Source: Camelus dromedarius
Taxonomy: Eukaryota
DNA: 64,000 nt
Reading direction: 5' to 3'
NCBI RefSeq assembly: GCF_036321535.1
Contig: NC_087451.1
Coordinates: 27,714,001-27,778,000, forward strand
Shown here one piece after another: positions 25,496 through 43,075 of this stretch (the first letter of the stretch is position 1; every line of letters starts with the position of its first letter). A model generated the notes under the pieces. The model made no database searches, was not told the origin of the DNA, and worked only from the letters and a program-made list of their open reading frames with translations. A program made the position numbers and the translations under genes.

Positions 25496-28400
25496 GGACG
25501 CGCGCTGGCCCAGGCGGGTTTGCAAGGGGCCACTTGGCACGTGGTGAATCGGCAGCCCTGTCCCCTTCCTCCCCCTTCCTGTCCTCCTCTTCGCTCCCCT
25601 CCTCCTCCCTCCTCCCTTCCCTGCAAAGCACAACCTGTACCCCAGGGGCGCCGGGCTGAGCCCCTTGACCTCGTCATTGTCATCGTGTGTTTTGTACGTT
25701 GGGATTGGTCGGTTTGGCGGTGACGTGCGGTCGCCCCAGCCTCCTTGGTACCAAGGGCAGGTGGGCTTGGCATCCAGAATTGGCCCTGTGGGAAGGCATG
25801 GAGGGAAGAGTTGAGCAGGTGCTCTGGGACATGTGTGTCCCTGAGCGGGTAGGGCTTCAGGGCAAGAGGGGCCCCCAGGCTAGCCGGAGGCTGGGTGCTT
25901 CACCCTCGGCTCGGCTGGCGGGCAGAGGTGGGCACTGCTCAAAAGAGTAGGGCGTCCACGAGGGCCCTGGATGGGCAGGCCACCTGTCTGGCGCTGGGGC
26001 GGTGGGGCGTCGTGTGACTGTGGGCCAGGGGCCTTGGCGCTCGCGCCTGACGCGTTGCACTGAACAAGACCAAATCACTGGTTGTGAGCGTAGTGAAGGG
26101 TGTGTCCAGTGTCCTGCGATGGGTCCCGTGTCACTGTTTACATGACCTATTTGTGTGGTTACATAGCCCTTTATTTAAAAGAGAGAAGTTCCTTTTACGA
26201 AGTTATTAAATTATATGTTTAAAAGTTAAAGGAAAAAGAAGCTGCAGAGTATTTATAAAACTGTCTTTTTAAAAAAAGAAAAAAAGCAACATTTGACCAC
26301 AAAAACAGAAAAGGGAAGAAAGTATAATAGAAATTTTGCTAGTTTAAAAAAAGAAAAAATCCCTTTCTTGTAAACTTGCAGACAAGTCTTTGTGGCTGTT
26401 GGAGTTTAGTTTTTATATACACAGAGTTATCAGATGTTATTTATAAAACTTAATTTAAAAAAAAAAGACAAAAAAAAAAAGCCGAGCCGCGAGCGACCAA
26501 GGCGCGTCCTCTCTGCTATCTCTTTTGCAATTGTACCGAAAGTGACTTACTCCTTTGCCCTTCCTGCTTCCGTCTCTTGCCGGTGCCGTGGTGTCGTCTG
26601 TGCCTGGTGAGGTCTTGTGCAGCGTCACGTGCTGGTGCTTCTGGTGACCTTTGACCTGTGGGTGTCACTTCTTGTGTCTGTTCTCCCGTGTTTGTGTTCC
26701 GCATCTGGTTGTGGTTTTGATTCTGCCGGCTTGTCAGGCCCGGTCTGGGGGGCCAGGCCGCGCTCGATCCAACAGAGCCTGGGGGTCTGGGCTTGCCAGC
26801 CTGGCTTCTGCCCCAGGGGTCAGATGTGGGGCACCCCCACCTCCACCTGCTGACCCTTGGCCTTGAATGTGGGTCTCAGGCTCGGGCTGATCCAGGAGCA
26901 GGGTCGGTGAAATGGGGGCCATCCCTGGGACCCCCTGCACTACTTCCTTGCCCACCACCTCTGGTCCTGGTGGGAGTTTTGCAAGGACCCAGGAGTCCCT
27001 GTTTGTACCCACAGGGCCAGAGCCAAGCTGCCCCCGGCTGTCTTCCTCCTGGCCTCCAGTCAACGAGTTCAGGCTCCAGCCACCGACCCAGGGTTTGTCC
27101 CTGTGGGTCTCACGTGGGCTTCGGCAGGGGAACCCCAGGGGCCCACTGCCCACTCGTCCCAGAACTATTTCCATGCTGCAGGGCAGTGCTTCCCAGGCAG
27201 AACCAGGTGGTTTTGGGGCCCACCTGGGCAGCCCCTTCTCCTTGCCTGGGGACCTGGGGGTCTCTACCAGTGCCAGACAAGGGCTACGGTCTCTGGGGAC
27301 AGGCCCTGTCCCTCGTCTCCCCCAAACATGCTGGCAGCCTCAGCTTTGGGCCTTCTTCCACCTCCCTGTGGGGTCTGTGTCTTCCAGGGGCCCACCGCCT
27401 GGCTGGCGGAGGTGCTTCTCCGGGGCTGAGTCAACTCCCCCCTCCTGGCCGCTTAGGGGAGGCAACCAGTCTTCCAGACTTGGCTTGGGCAGCTGCTTGT
27501 AGGCACATGAAGAAGCGACTCCCCTGGCTCTGGCCACGTGGGCCTTGGCCACTCCTTGGGGTCACTAGTTGGTTTCTCTGGGGACCCTGAACCCCTGAAA
27601 AAGTACAGAAGTGGGCTGATGAAGAGAAGAACCATGTGGCCTGGTGAGGTTTGACATTGTGGGCAGCAAGATCTTAACCCCAGAGTCTGACCCAGTGTAC
27701 CCAGGGATAGGAGGAGGGACACGCTGTCAGCTGCTGTCGCCTTGATGGGCTGCTCTTGGCACTAGACGCTCAGAGACTTTCCTGGCTGTACCCTGGTGAT
27801 GTCCAGTGGAGATTTTGACAGTGGACTCTGAATCACTGAGTGGCTTCCTTCGCCTCCTGCAGTCTGGCTTTGTCTCCCAGGGCCCGGACGAGAGTGGTTG
27901 ATGTTGGTTGTCGCAGCGAGTTGGAATCCCATCCTAGGAATCTGTAAAGAGAGATCATGGCCTGTCCTGGACTGGGGAGGGACGGGCTCCACAAGTCTGA
28001 GTACGCTCCCCACTTTTGTCCTGGCTGAGAGGAAGTGGTTCATCTCTGTGCACCCCTGCCAGGCTGTAGACCTGGAGAGAGGAGGGTGGGCATGTGCTGA
28101 ACAGAAACTGCAGGTCCTTGGTTTGGTTTACAGATGCTTCTGGAGTTAGGCTGTATTTCCTTTGGAGGTTTTTGCATTTGGAGCAGTTGTTCCTTGGGTC
28201 TGGGGAGCATCCTGCTCCCATCAACCAGCCTCGCAGGGCCGCTCAGCCCCCTCTCCCCTTTACCTTGGTTCTTGACCTTGATCCTGTGTCCACATGTGAA
28301 TGGTTGGCGTCTTTCTGATTCTCGTTGATTCATTTTTCCCACTGTGAACGTGTTGTGTTCTCTCTCAACTTTTCTGACACGGCGAACTGAGGGCTTTGGC

Positions 28401-29712
28401 TGAGGCCAAGTCTTGCAAACTTGTTCGCTAAGTATAACGCGCACCGTTCTACACACCTTGCCCTTGCCTGACTCCACCCTTATCTGGATGTGGACACAGA
28501 TTTCAGAGCAGAACCCTTTGGGAACAGGTCAGTCCCTGCCCAGAGTGTGGCTCCAGGGAGCCCTCCCCGTGGCCCCTGGCCCCTGCTCTGGGTGGCGCTG
28601 TTTGTGCAGGTGAGATGCTGCGGCTGCTGTGTGGGGTGTCGGCTTCTGCTGGGTGCTAGACCTCCTGGTCCACGCTTTAGGTCTGTGCACAACCCTGGCC
28701 GTCAGCCGCAGCCTCGATGGTCAGTGCCTGGGCCCAGGGCTCTGATCAGCTGCAGCCTGCTTTGGGACAAGCTCCATCCCATTTCACCTGCCTCCCTCTC
28801 TGGGGTGGCAGAGTGGCCGGTTGGCCACAGTTCCAGTCCACAGCTGGGAAGCCGCAGTCTGCAGCACGGTTTCCGCTGTAGGATCTTGTAAGTTACTTTT
28901 TTAGGCTGTGGTTTGGTGAAAGGAACCAACACATTAACGATTTTTTCCCCCAGAAGCCACTGAATAATTCTTTTTGGCGCGTTTTCACCTTCCTGTTGGC
29001 TGTCTGGTTTTGGAGCAGATGGGAAGAGCGGAGGACACCCAGAGGCAGGGGTGTGCCCTTGAGACTAATGGCCTGTCCTGCTCTGGCCTGTGTGTCCTGA
29101 GAGTGTGCTGTACTTGTAGGGCCAGTTGCACACATTCCTTCCCCACCCTGGAGCAGCAGCCTTGGTACGTGGGTGTCCCTTGAGTCTGAGCTGGAGTGTC
29201 GGAGAGCAGGTTCCCGATGACCTGTTAAGGGGGACCCCTCCAATAACCTCATGTCCCAGCCCCACCCTTCTCCCCATCCCCTCAGTCCGCTAGTCCCTGA
29301 AGCCTTTAACCAAGCAGGAGTGGGTACAGAAAGCCTTCTCCTGGCATCTGAGGGCGGCAGGACAAAGGCTGTTCAGTGTCCCGTCCTGCTGCCCTCCCGG
29401 CAGAGAGGGTGGGCCAAGCGGAGTTGATCAGACCCTTCCTGCCCTGCCTAGGACTGAAGACAGGAGGTGGCGGGGTACCTGCGATCTGCCAGGGCAGGCG
29501 GGGTTGTTGAAGGTCCAGGTGGGGAGGGGCCTCAGCTGGGGCACCCGGGCTGACCTGGGGCGGCAGTGGCCTCGCGCCCTCCCTGCCCTGTGCAGTATTT
29601 ATTGCTAAATTATTGTCCAGGAGGGGCGGCACTGGACTGGGCCCCGGGTATTTATTGCTGTACATAGTGTATGTTTGTGATATATAAGGTTTTCTTTATT
29701 TTGTATATGATC

Positions 29713-29718
29713 AATAAA
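29713..29718 (+). terminator. MAFG distal poly(A) signal ending a ~4.2 kb 3' UTR
   Basis: AATAAA preceded by a U-rich tract with several TGTA motifs (29659, 29668, 29702). Confidence 0.85.
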
Positions 29719-29749
29719 AACCTTTTAAAGAGACTGGCAGGTGCTTCCT

Positions 29750-29850
29750 TGGGGCGGCGCGCGGGCGGGGCGGGGCGGGGCCTCGCGCGCATGCGTCGGC
29801 GCGCCGCCTGCCGGGAGGCGGAAGCGGAAGCGCGGGTCTCCCCGGGAGCC
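29750..29850 (+). promoter_or_regulatory. Compact SIRT7 promoter (GC boxes, NRF1-like site, tandem ETS)
   Basis: GGGCGGGGCGGGGCGGGG 29763-29780; GCGCATGCG 29787-29795; CGGAAGCGGAAG 29819-29830; CpG island continues to ~30430. Confidence 0.8.
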
Positions 29851-32800
29851 ATGGCCGCCGGGGGTCTGAGCCGGTCGGAGCGTAAGGCTGCGGAGCGGGT
29901 CCGGAGGTTGCGGGAGGAGCAGCAGCGGGAGCGCCTCCGCCAGGTACGCTGCCGCCGCCCGCCCCGCGCCGCGTCCCCGGCCCGCGCCGCCCTCACCGCC
30001 CGCCCCGCGCCCGCAGGTGTCGCGCATCCTGAGGAAGGCGGTGGCCGAGCGCAGCGCCGAGGAGGGCCGGCTCCTGGCTGAGAGCGAGGACCTGGTGACC
30101 GAGCTGCAGGGCCGGAGCAGGCGGCGCGAGGGCCTGAAGCGGCGGCAGGAGGAGGCGAGTCCGGGCGCGGGCGGGCAGGGGCGCGGCGGCGCGGGGCGGG
30201 GGCGGCTGACGGCCGGCCTCGGCGTCTCGGCAGGTGTGCGACGACCCAGAGGAGCTGCGGAGGAAAGTCCGGGAGCTGGCCGGCGCCGTCCGCAACGCCA
30301 AGTACCTGGTCGTCTACACGGGTGCGGGGATCAGCACGGTAGGGAGGCGAGGCGGGGATCGCCGCACCCCAGGTCGGATCCCAGGTCCCGGGGAATCCGG
30401 GACTGCCGGGACGCGGGCTGGCGGGGGCGCCCCCTCCTGGCTGTCTAGGACCGAGCACGGTACTCTGTTGAGCAACACTAAAATGGGCAAAGAACTCACC
30501 GTAAAAGTACCTCGGAGGTTCTTTCTTTTCATACAGAAACTCGGTGTGACTCAATTTAGGACTTCACTGAGTAAATAAACGTTCTTAAGTGCTCTAACTC
30601 TGTAATACCCAATTAGAGGCCCAGGGAAAGGAAGAGGGATGAAAATGGAAGGCAGTAGTTTAATGCTTACAGTCTCCTCCTGATTTAAAGTTAAGGACAC
30701 AACGTTGTAAACCGACTATAACTCAATTTTAAAAAAAATAAATAAAGTTAAGGAGGTTAATTCAGTGTCTCAAGGTTATGTGGGCAGAGCTAAGCCCAAA
30801 ACTGATTCTCCATTCATTGAGTGTTCTGAATATTGAGAGAAGGGAAGTAGAAAACAAGGCAGTATGAACTGGAGGGCACCAGGTAAGGAGCAGGAATGAT
30901 TTCGGTTTGAGAAGCTTTATGGAGAAGCTACCTGGGCCGTGGACTATGACCTGGCTTTGATGGCCTGGATAGCACGTTGTTTGCCTGATTGCTGGGTGTG
31001 AGTTGAGTGTGACCTACATGCAGGCCCAGCAGAGGCAGAGAGTGAGAATTTCCGTCCCAAGAGAAGCCTGTAGGCGATGGTAAGAAGCCATGTAAGCAAA
31101 CAGCTCTACTGTGAAGTTGGCAGTGGTAGGTCATTAGAATAGAAACACAAATACACTCTGTGGTCTCACAGAGCTGGGAAACCCATCTGGCTGGTGTTTT
31201 TGTGGGATGTAGCACTGAATCTGGGCCTTGAAGGATGAGTAAGGTTTTACAGGCACTTACGAAGTAAGACACTCGAAATAGGGATAACTGAAGAGGCCCA
31301 GTAGCAAGAACGTGTAAGGTATGTTTATTGCTTTAACTTACAGACACGTGTGCATTCCCATCATGAAATTGTATAGAAGCAGTAATAATGCCTTTCAATG
31401 AACTGTAAGCGGTTATTAAAGCCATATGCTGCTCGTTACTTTGCTCTGAGTGTTACTGTTTGAGGTTCCCCTTTTCGATGTGAGTTAGAACCACTGTTCA
31501 GGGTGGGCATTTTTCTGAGTTTAAGCAGCAGGTGAGAGCTCCCCAGAAGGGAGGTTGTGCACAACTTCGGGAACACAAGACAACTTGATCCTGGCACCTT
31601 TTTGTTTTCTTCTCTCGGGGTGGCTCGGTTTCCCTGGATTGGGTACTTGGGAAATTCAGTAATGTTTACTCATCTGAAGAGGATGGCCTATCTTTACGAG
31701 GACAGGAACCACTCACAGCATCAGGATGTAAGAACTTGGAGGGAGGAGTACCTGTGGACTCACTGTTTGCTAGCCCCTGAGCACTGGCTGGGCCCTGGGG
31801 ACACACAGATGAGCCCGATAAGCCCTCCCCCTCAGTGTAGAGGACAGACGTGGCCACAGAGCCCAGGTTGAACTCCATGCTAGAAAGGCTCCCAGGGCGG
31901 GCGGGGTCCGGGCAGAGAGAAGGAGCCCCAGGGGTGCACTCCATGTGGGTTGAATTGAGGCCGGTCTGTGGGCCAGGCTTGAACGTGCTGGGAGAAAGTC
32001 TTGGGAATTCTGCCAGTACCTATTGTGATGCCTTTTCACTGCGCTTTTCTCTCTGATCATGCAGGCAGCCTCCATCCCAGATTACCGGGGCCCTAATGGC
32101 GTATGGACACTGCTTCAGAAAGGAAGAAGTGTTAGGTAAGCAGCCTGGCCCAGCCTCCCCATCTAGCTGAGCAGGAGCGGCACAGACCTGACCTCCGGCT
32201 CCCCTCACCTTGGCTTCCTTTCCACCCGGCAGTGCTGGCGACCTCAGTGAGGCTGAGCCAACTCTCACCCACATGAGCATCGCCCGCCTACACGAGCAGA
32301 AGCTGGTAAGAGCGCAGGGTGGCTAGCTGCTGTCAGTTCCCCTTCTGTATCCTCTTGGGTACCAGAATCTGAGGACGCTCCAGGCTCTTGTCTGAGATGG
32401 CATAGTGTTTGCATATAACCTACTCACATTCTTTAAATCATTTCTAGGTCACTCTTAATACCTAATGAACACAGTGTAAATGCTGCGTAAACCGCTGTCC
32501 ATACAACGTAAAGGCTGTGCAGATGGCTGCCAGCGTGTGGCAAATCAGTTTTGCTTTTTGGAACTCTCTGGATTTTCCCCCCAGAATATTTTTGATTCTT
32601 TGTTGGTTGAATCCAAGGGTGTGGAACCTCCAGATACCAAGGTCCAGTTGTACTCAGTGGGTCCATGGTGCCGACTCACGGCGCCCCCTTGGTGCCCAGG
32701 TGACCCCTGCATCCTACCTCCGTCGGCCAGTGGAGCCTGTGATGAACACCCAGAGTGGTTTAGACTCCTGGTTTGAGCCTCCTCCTCATCCTCCCATGCT

Positions 32801-35430
32801 TCCTCTCCAAGAGAAGTGGCAGCCTCTCTGCAGCATCATCACGGATAGGGCCCCCCCACCCTATCCACATTGTTCCCACAGACCTCAGGAGCCCCCTAGG
32901 TACAGGGGAGGCAAGGAGGAAACCTCTTGAGACCCTCTGCTGAGCACCTCCTGTGGGGAAGGGGTCAATCCTCCTGGGCCTTTAAGGACCTGAAACATAA
33001 ACCCCTTCCCAGCCGAGGGGTGGCCATGCAGACACTTGCCCTCCCAGGGCTCCAGGTGTCTGAGTTGTTGGCACCTCCTGAGTCCTGCTGGGCCAGCCTT
33101 CTGCTCTGGGTTTGCCTTCAATGGTTTGCGCAGGGTTGGAGTTGCCCCAGGTGTGGGGGCGGTGGGTCTGGCTGAGCCCAGTGTGGTTTCCCTCCACAGT
33201 GCTGCTTTCCCCCCAACTCCTGCTGACTCCCCCCCGCCCCACTTCCCCTCCAGGTGCAGCACGTGGTGTCACAGAACTGCGACGGGCTCCACCTGCGGAG
33301 TGGGCTGCCGCGCTCGGCAATGTCGGAGCTCCACGGGAACATGTACATTGAAGTGAGCGGTCCCGCGGGGGCTCAGGGACCCGGGCAGGCCAGCGGCTCC
33401 CGCTCACCCGCCCTCCTCTCCTCAGGTCTGCACGGCCTGCACACCCAACAGGGAGTACGTGCGGGTGTTTGATGTGACGGAGCGCACCGCCTTGCACCGC
33501 CACCAGACAGGCCGAACCTGCCACAAGTGCGGGGCCCAGCTCCGTGACACCATCGTGCACTTTGGGGAGAGGGGGACGCTGGGGCAGCCTCTGAACTGGG
33601 AGGCAGCCACCCAGGCTGCCAGCAAAGCAGACACAATCCTGTGTTTAGGCTCCAGCTTAAAGGTACACGTGGGATGGGGTGAGCCTGCCCACAGCTGGCC
33701 AGCTCAGCCTTAGACCCCAGCTTCCTATAGTCTTGTTCCCTGGTGTCTGTGTGGTCTGTCTGTCTATCCATTCCCCAGGTTCTAAAGAAGTATCCCCACC
33801 TCTGGTGCATGACCAAGCCCCCCAGCCGGCGGCCCAAGCTCTACATCGTGAACTTGCAGGTAACTCGGGTGCTCAGAGCTGCCTCCTTAGACCTGGGCCT
33901 TAGAACAGGAGAGCCTGACGTCCCTGGGACGTTTATGTCCCACACTCAGGCGCCACGGAGGTCTGCTGAGCAGAGGCTGTGAGGTTCTGTCCTCACTCGC
34001 CTTCTGTCCCCAGTGGACCCCGAAGGATGACTGGGCTGCCCTGAAGCTGCACGGAAAGTGTGATGACGTCATGCGGCTCCTCATGGACGAGCTCGGTCTG
34101 GACATCCCCCACTACAGCAGGTGAGGGCGTGGGCGCACCCCTCCCGCCCCAGGCGCGTGGGCCATGTCTGTCATCCTTTGTGAGCTGAGCGTCGAGAAAG
34201 CTCTGAGTTGTCGCAGATGGCGTCTGAGGCGTGACCGCAGCATGGTGGCCTCTGTAGGGACTGGCGCAGCATTGGCCTAGGTGCCCTAGTTGGTGTGACT
34301 CCCTGTTGGGAGAGGGAATCTGCCAGCGTGTGCTGGGATGTCCCCCTTCACCCCAGACAGCTGGGATGGGAAGGTGCCTTGAAGAGACGTGCTCTCGGCA
34401 ACTCAGTTCAAGCAGGACTCGGTGCTCTTGGTGTGGGAGCTGGTGTACTTTGGGGAAGCTTAAACTGTGCCTTAATGCAGAATGTGTGATAATTTAGACG
34501 TGGTGTGTGTATTGAGTAAAAAGTTTACACTTTCTTTCTCTGTGAATTTTCAGGGTCTTATAGGGGAAATCAATAACTTCTTTTAATCAAAGGGTTCAAG
34601 AATTAAGGATCCCTTCACCTTCTGGGCCTGGCAATTCTTGTATGTTATGTTTGTGGTGTTCTGTAATGTGGGCCTATTGTGTACTGTACCTTTTTCTTTT
34701 TCATTTTACATTAACTTAGCTCATTTTTTTTTTTGATCAGTGCTTATCTGTATCTTAAGTTTATAATATGTGGTTCTACATCTCAGTCAGACACATGACC
34801 TCTTCATGGTGTAGTGCCGAGGCCGCACCTCCCTAGTCAGCTTCCCTCCCATCAAGTCTTGCAGTCTGGGAATGGGGAGAGGGTCTGGTCCGCTTGCCCC
34901 TGGTCGTACAAGTGAAAGGTGGGGCCCAGAGCTGGCTAGTGACTCCTCCCTCCTGGGGCTACTGCCACCCTACCCTGTGTGGGCACAGCCCCCTCAGTCA
35001 CCAGCGAGGACACCGAGTTCTGCAGAGGCTGAGCTAGTCTGGGTGCTGGCCTTTGAGTCACTCAGGGAGCTTATCCCTCGCGGATGATCCGGAAGTGCCA
35101 CTGAGCAAAGCCTGGCCGTGGTTAAGATGTGGGAGGGAAGCAGGGTGACCTCAGTCAGCTTTCCCGTCCTGGGGCGGGTGTGGTTGTGAGGGGCTCCCAG
35201 GCACACCTGACCCAGCCTTCCATTTCTGTAGGTGGCAGGACCCCATCTTCTCACTGGCAACTCCCCTGCGTGCAGGTGAGGAAGGCAGCCACAGTCGCAA
35301 GTTGCTGTGCAGAAGCCGAGAGGAGCCTGGAGCCTGCGGCCGGGGCACCCCTCCGAGCTCTGCCCCTGTCCTGGGCGGCTGGTTTGGCAGGGGCTGCACC
35401 AAGCGCACAAAAAGGAAGAAAGCAACGTAA
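29851..35430 (+). CDS. SIRT7: NAD-dependent deacylase sirtuin-7, 400 aa
   Basis: Exons 29851-29943, 30017-30154, 30234-30338, 32065-32135, 32233-32305, 33254-33352, 33426-33662, 33779-33859, 34014-34120, 35232-35430 (1203 nt). [22 protein letters not shown], catalytic His in SELHGN, Zn ligands CTAC/CHKC. Intron 2 is GC-AG. Confidence 0.97.
32393..32651 (+). mobile_element. MER2/Tigger-type MITE in SIRT7 intron 5
   Basis: atggcatagtgtttgcatataacctac...ttttgctttttggaact...ttggttgaatcc; same family as the element at 7220. Confidence 0.75.
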
Positions 35431-35882
35431 TCTGGTGCTTGACCGGGAACAATGATGGCACTTTGCAAATGGCCGGAACTTACTCAGGGGCACGTGGCAC
35501 CGTGAAGTCTAGGACTGCACCTGAGACTTCTCGGGGTGACATTTTCACCCTGACGCGTGTAGCCAGCCGTCTGTCCTTGTGGGAAGCCCCCTTGCACTGC
35601 TGCGGTTGCCCCCGCATGGGCCTGAGGGTGGAGGACACCTCACCCGTGCAGCCTCTTCATGAAGAGGTGGCAGCCATACTCTCTGTGAGAACAGTACTCG
35701 GGTTATTTCACACCTGGTTGGCCAAGAGGAAGCACAGGCTGCCTTACCTCGTTCACCAGGCTAGTCTCAGGGGACTCAACCCTATTTCTACTACTTCTTA
35801 ACTTTATAGAAGCCTTCTTCCGTATTGAATATGCTGCAAAGGAGTGGTTTTGAGCCTTGGCTCTCAAGCAGACCTTTTTATT

Positions 35883-35888
35883 ATTAAA
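35883..35888 (+). terminator. SIRT7 poly(A) signal
   Basis: ATTAAA about 450 nt after the stop, in a U-rich context just before the next CpG island. Confidence 0.75.
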
Positions 35889-35929
35889 CATCTCTGCACT
35901 GTCTTCCCTGCGTCACTGAGTGACTGCCT

Positions 35930-36299
35930 TACGGAAGCCCGGCGAGATTCCTGGAGGGGCCGGCGCGCGACACGTGGTCCTGCCCCGCCCCTTCCCCAGG
36001 TGGGAGCGGAGCAATGGTGCGCGCCCGCCATTGGCCGCGCGCCGAGGGGCGGGGCCTCCAGGGGTAGGGAGGTGCGCTCCATTGGTTTGGGGCGGGGAGG
36101 CGGGGCCCGGTCCCGGAGGGGCTTGCCATTGGTCTCAAGGTTGGGGGTGAGGGGGCGTGGTTCCGCGCGCAGGGCGGGGCGGCGCTCGCCATTGGCCGCG
36201 CGCGGCGGGTGAGGCCCGCGTGACGGCGCGTGCGTGCGCGGGCGGGCGGCGGCGGTGGGGAGTCGGGATCCTGTCTGGCGGCGCCGCCGCTACGGGGCC
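35930..36299 (+). promoter_or_regulatory. PCYT2 CpG-island promoter with four inverted CCAAT boxes
   Basis: ATTGG at 36030, 36081, 36128, 36191; GC boxes; E-box CACGTG 35971; SRE-like TGGGGGTGAG 36142-36151. Confidence 0.8.
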
Positions 36300-42446
<6,147 letters not shown>

Positions 42447-43069
42447 CAGGAAGCAGGAGGTCACCAGGGGCCCCCCGAGCACCGGCCCTCGCCCAGCCAC
42501 ATCTCGAGAGCGTGGCTTAGTTTTTAACAAAGCTGCGATGCCCTCTCCTCCGACCACTCGGCCTTGGAAGGGCTGATGTGGAGGATGCTGCCTCCCGGCC
42601 TGCCTGCACAGGGCCTGTCTCCCTGTAGGCCCTCGTGCCCTTCCAGCTAAGTGGCCGGAGAGGGTGTCTGGCACAGGAGCAGCCCGGCAGGCAGGATGAG
42701 CAGGGGCACCTTCAACCAGAGGGGTGCCACCCTGTGTGCCAGGGAGACCCAGCTTCCATCTGCCCGGCTCCACAGCTGCTTCCCCGTCCAGCCCCCTGGA
42801 AGCTCCTACGGACCCTGGCCGCCCCCCACCACCCCACTCCTCACGGCCTTCCTGCCCACTCAGCCTCTGGGGGAGCCCCAGGGGGCCCCTCCCATCCTCG
42901 TCAGAGTGCAGAGCGTGCCCCCTCCCATATGGGCGGCCCCTGCCCCGCGGCGTGTCCCTTCTGCCCCAGAGCCTGGCGCCCAGACACCACGCCCATTGCT
43001 TGCCGGGCCAGCCTCGCTGCTCTCACAGACTGTTCTCGATTTTGTACCTGACTGGCTGGCCTGCAACTG

Positions 43070-43075
43070 AATAAA
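43070..43075 (+). terminator. PCYT2 poly(A) signal
   Basis: AATAAA about 620 nt after the stop. Confidence 0.8.

Noticed and set aside
24673-25773. 366-aa antisense ORF over MAFG and other ORFs spanning X-runs
   Set aside because: Artificially extended through N-runs and shadowing the real CDS.
31360-31452. Possible C/D snoRNA in SIRT7 intron 3 (ends in CTGA)
   Set aside because: No RTGATGA C box and no terminal stem adjacent to the boxes.
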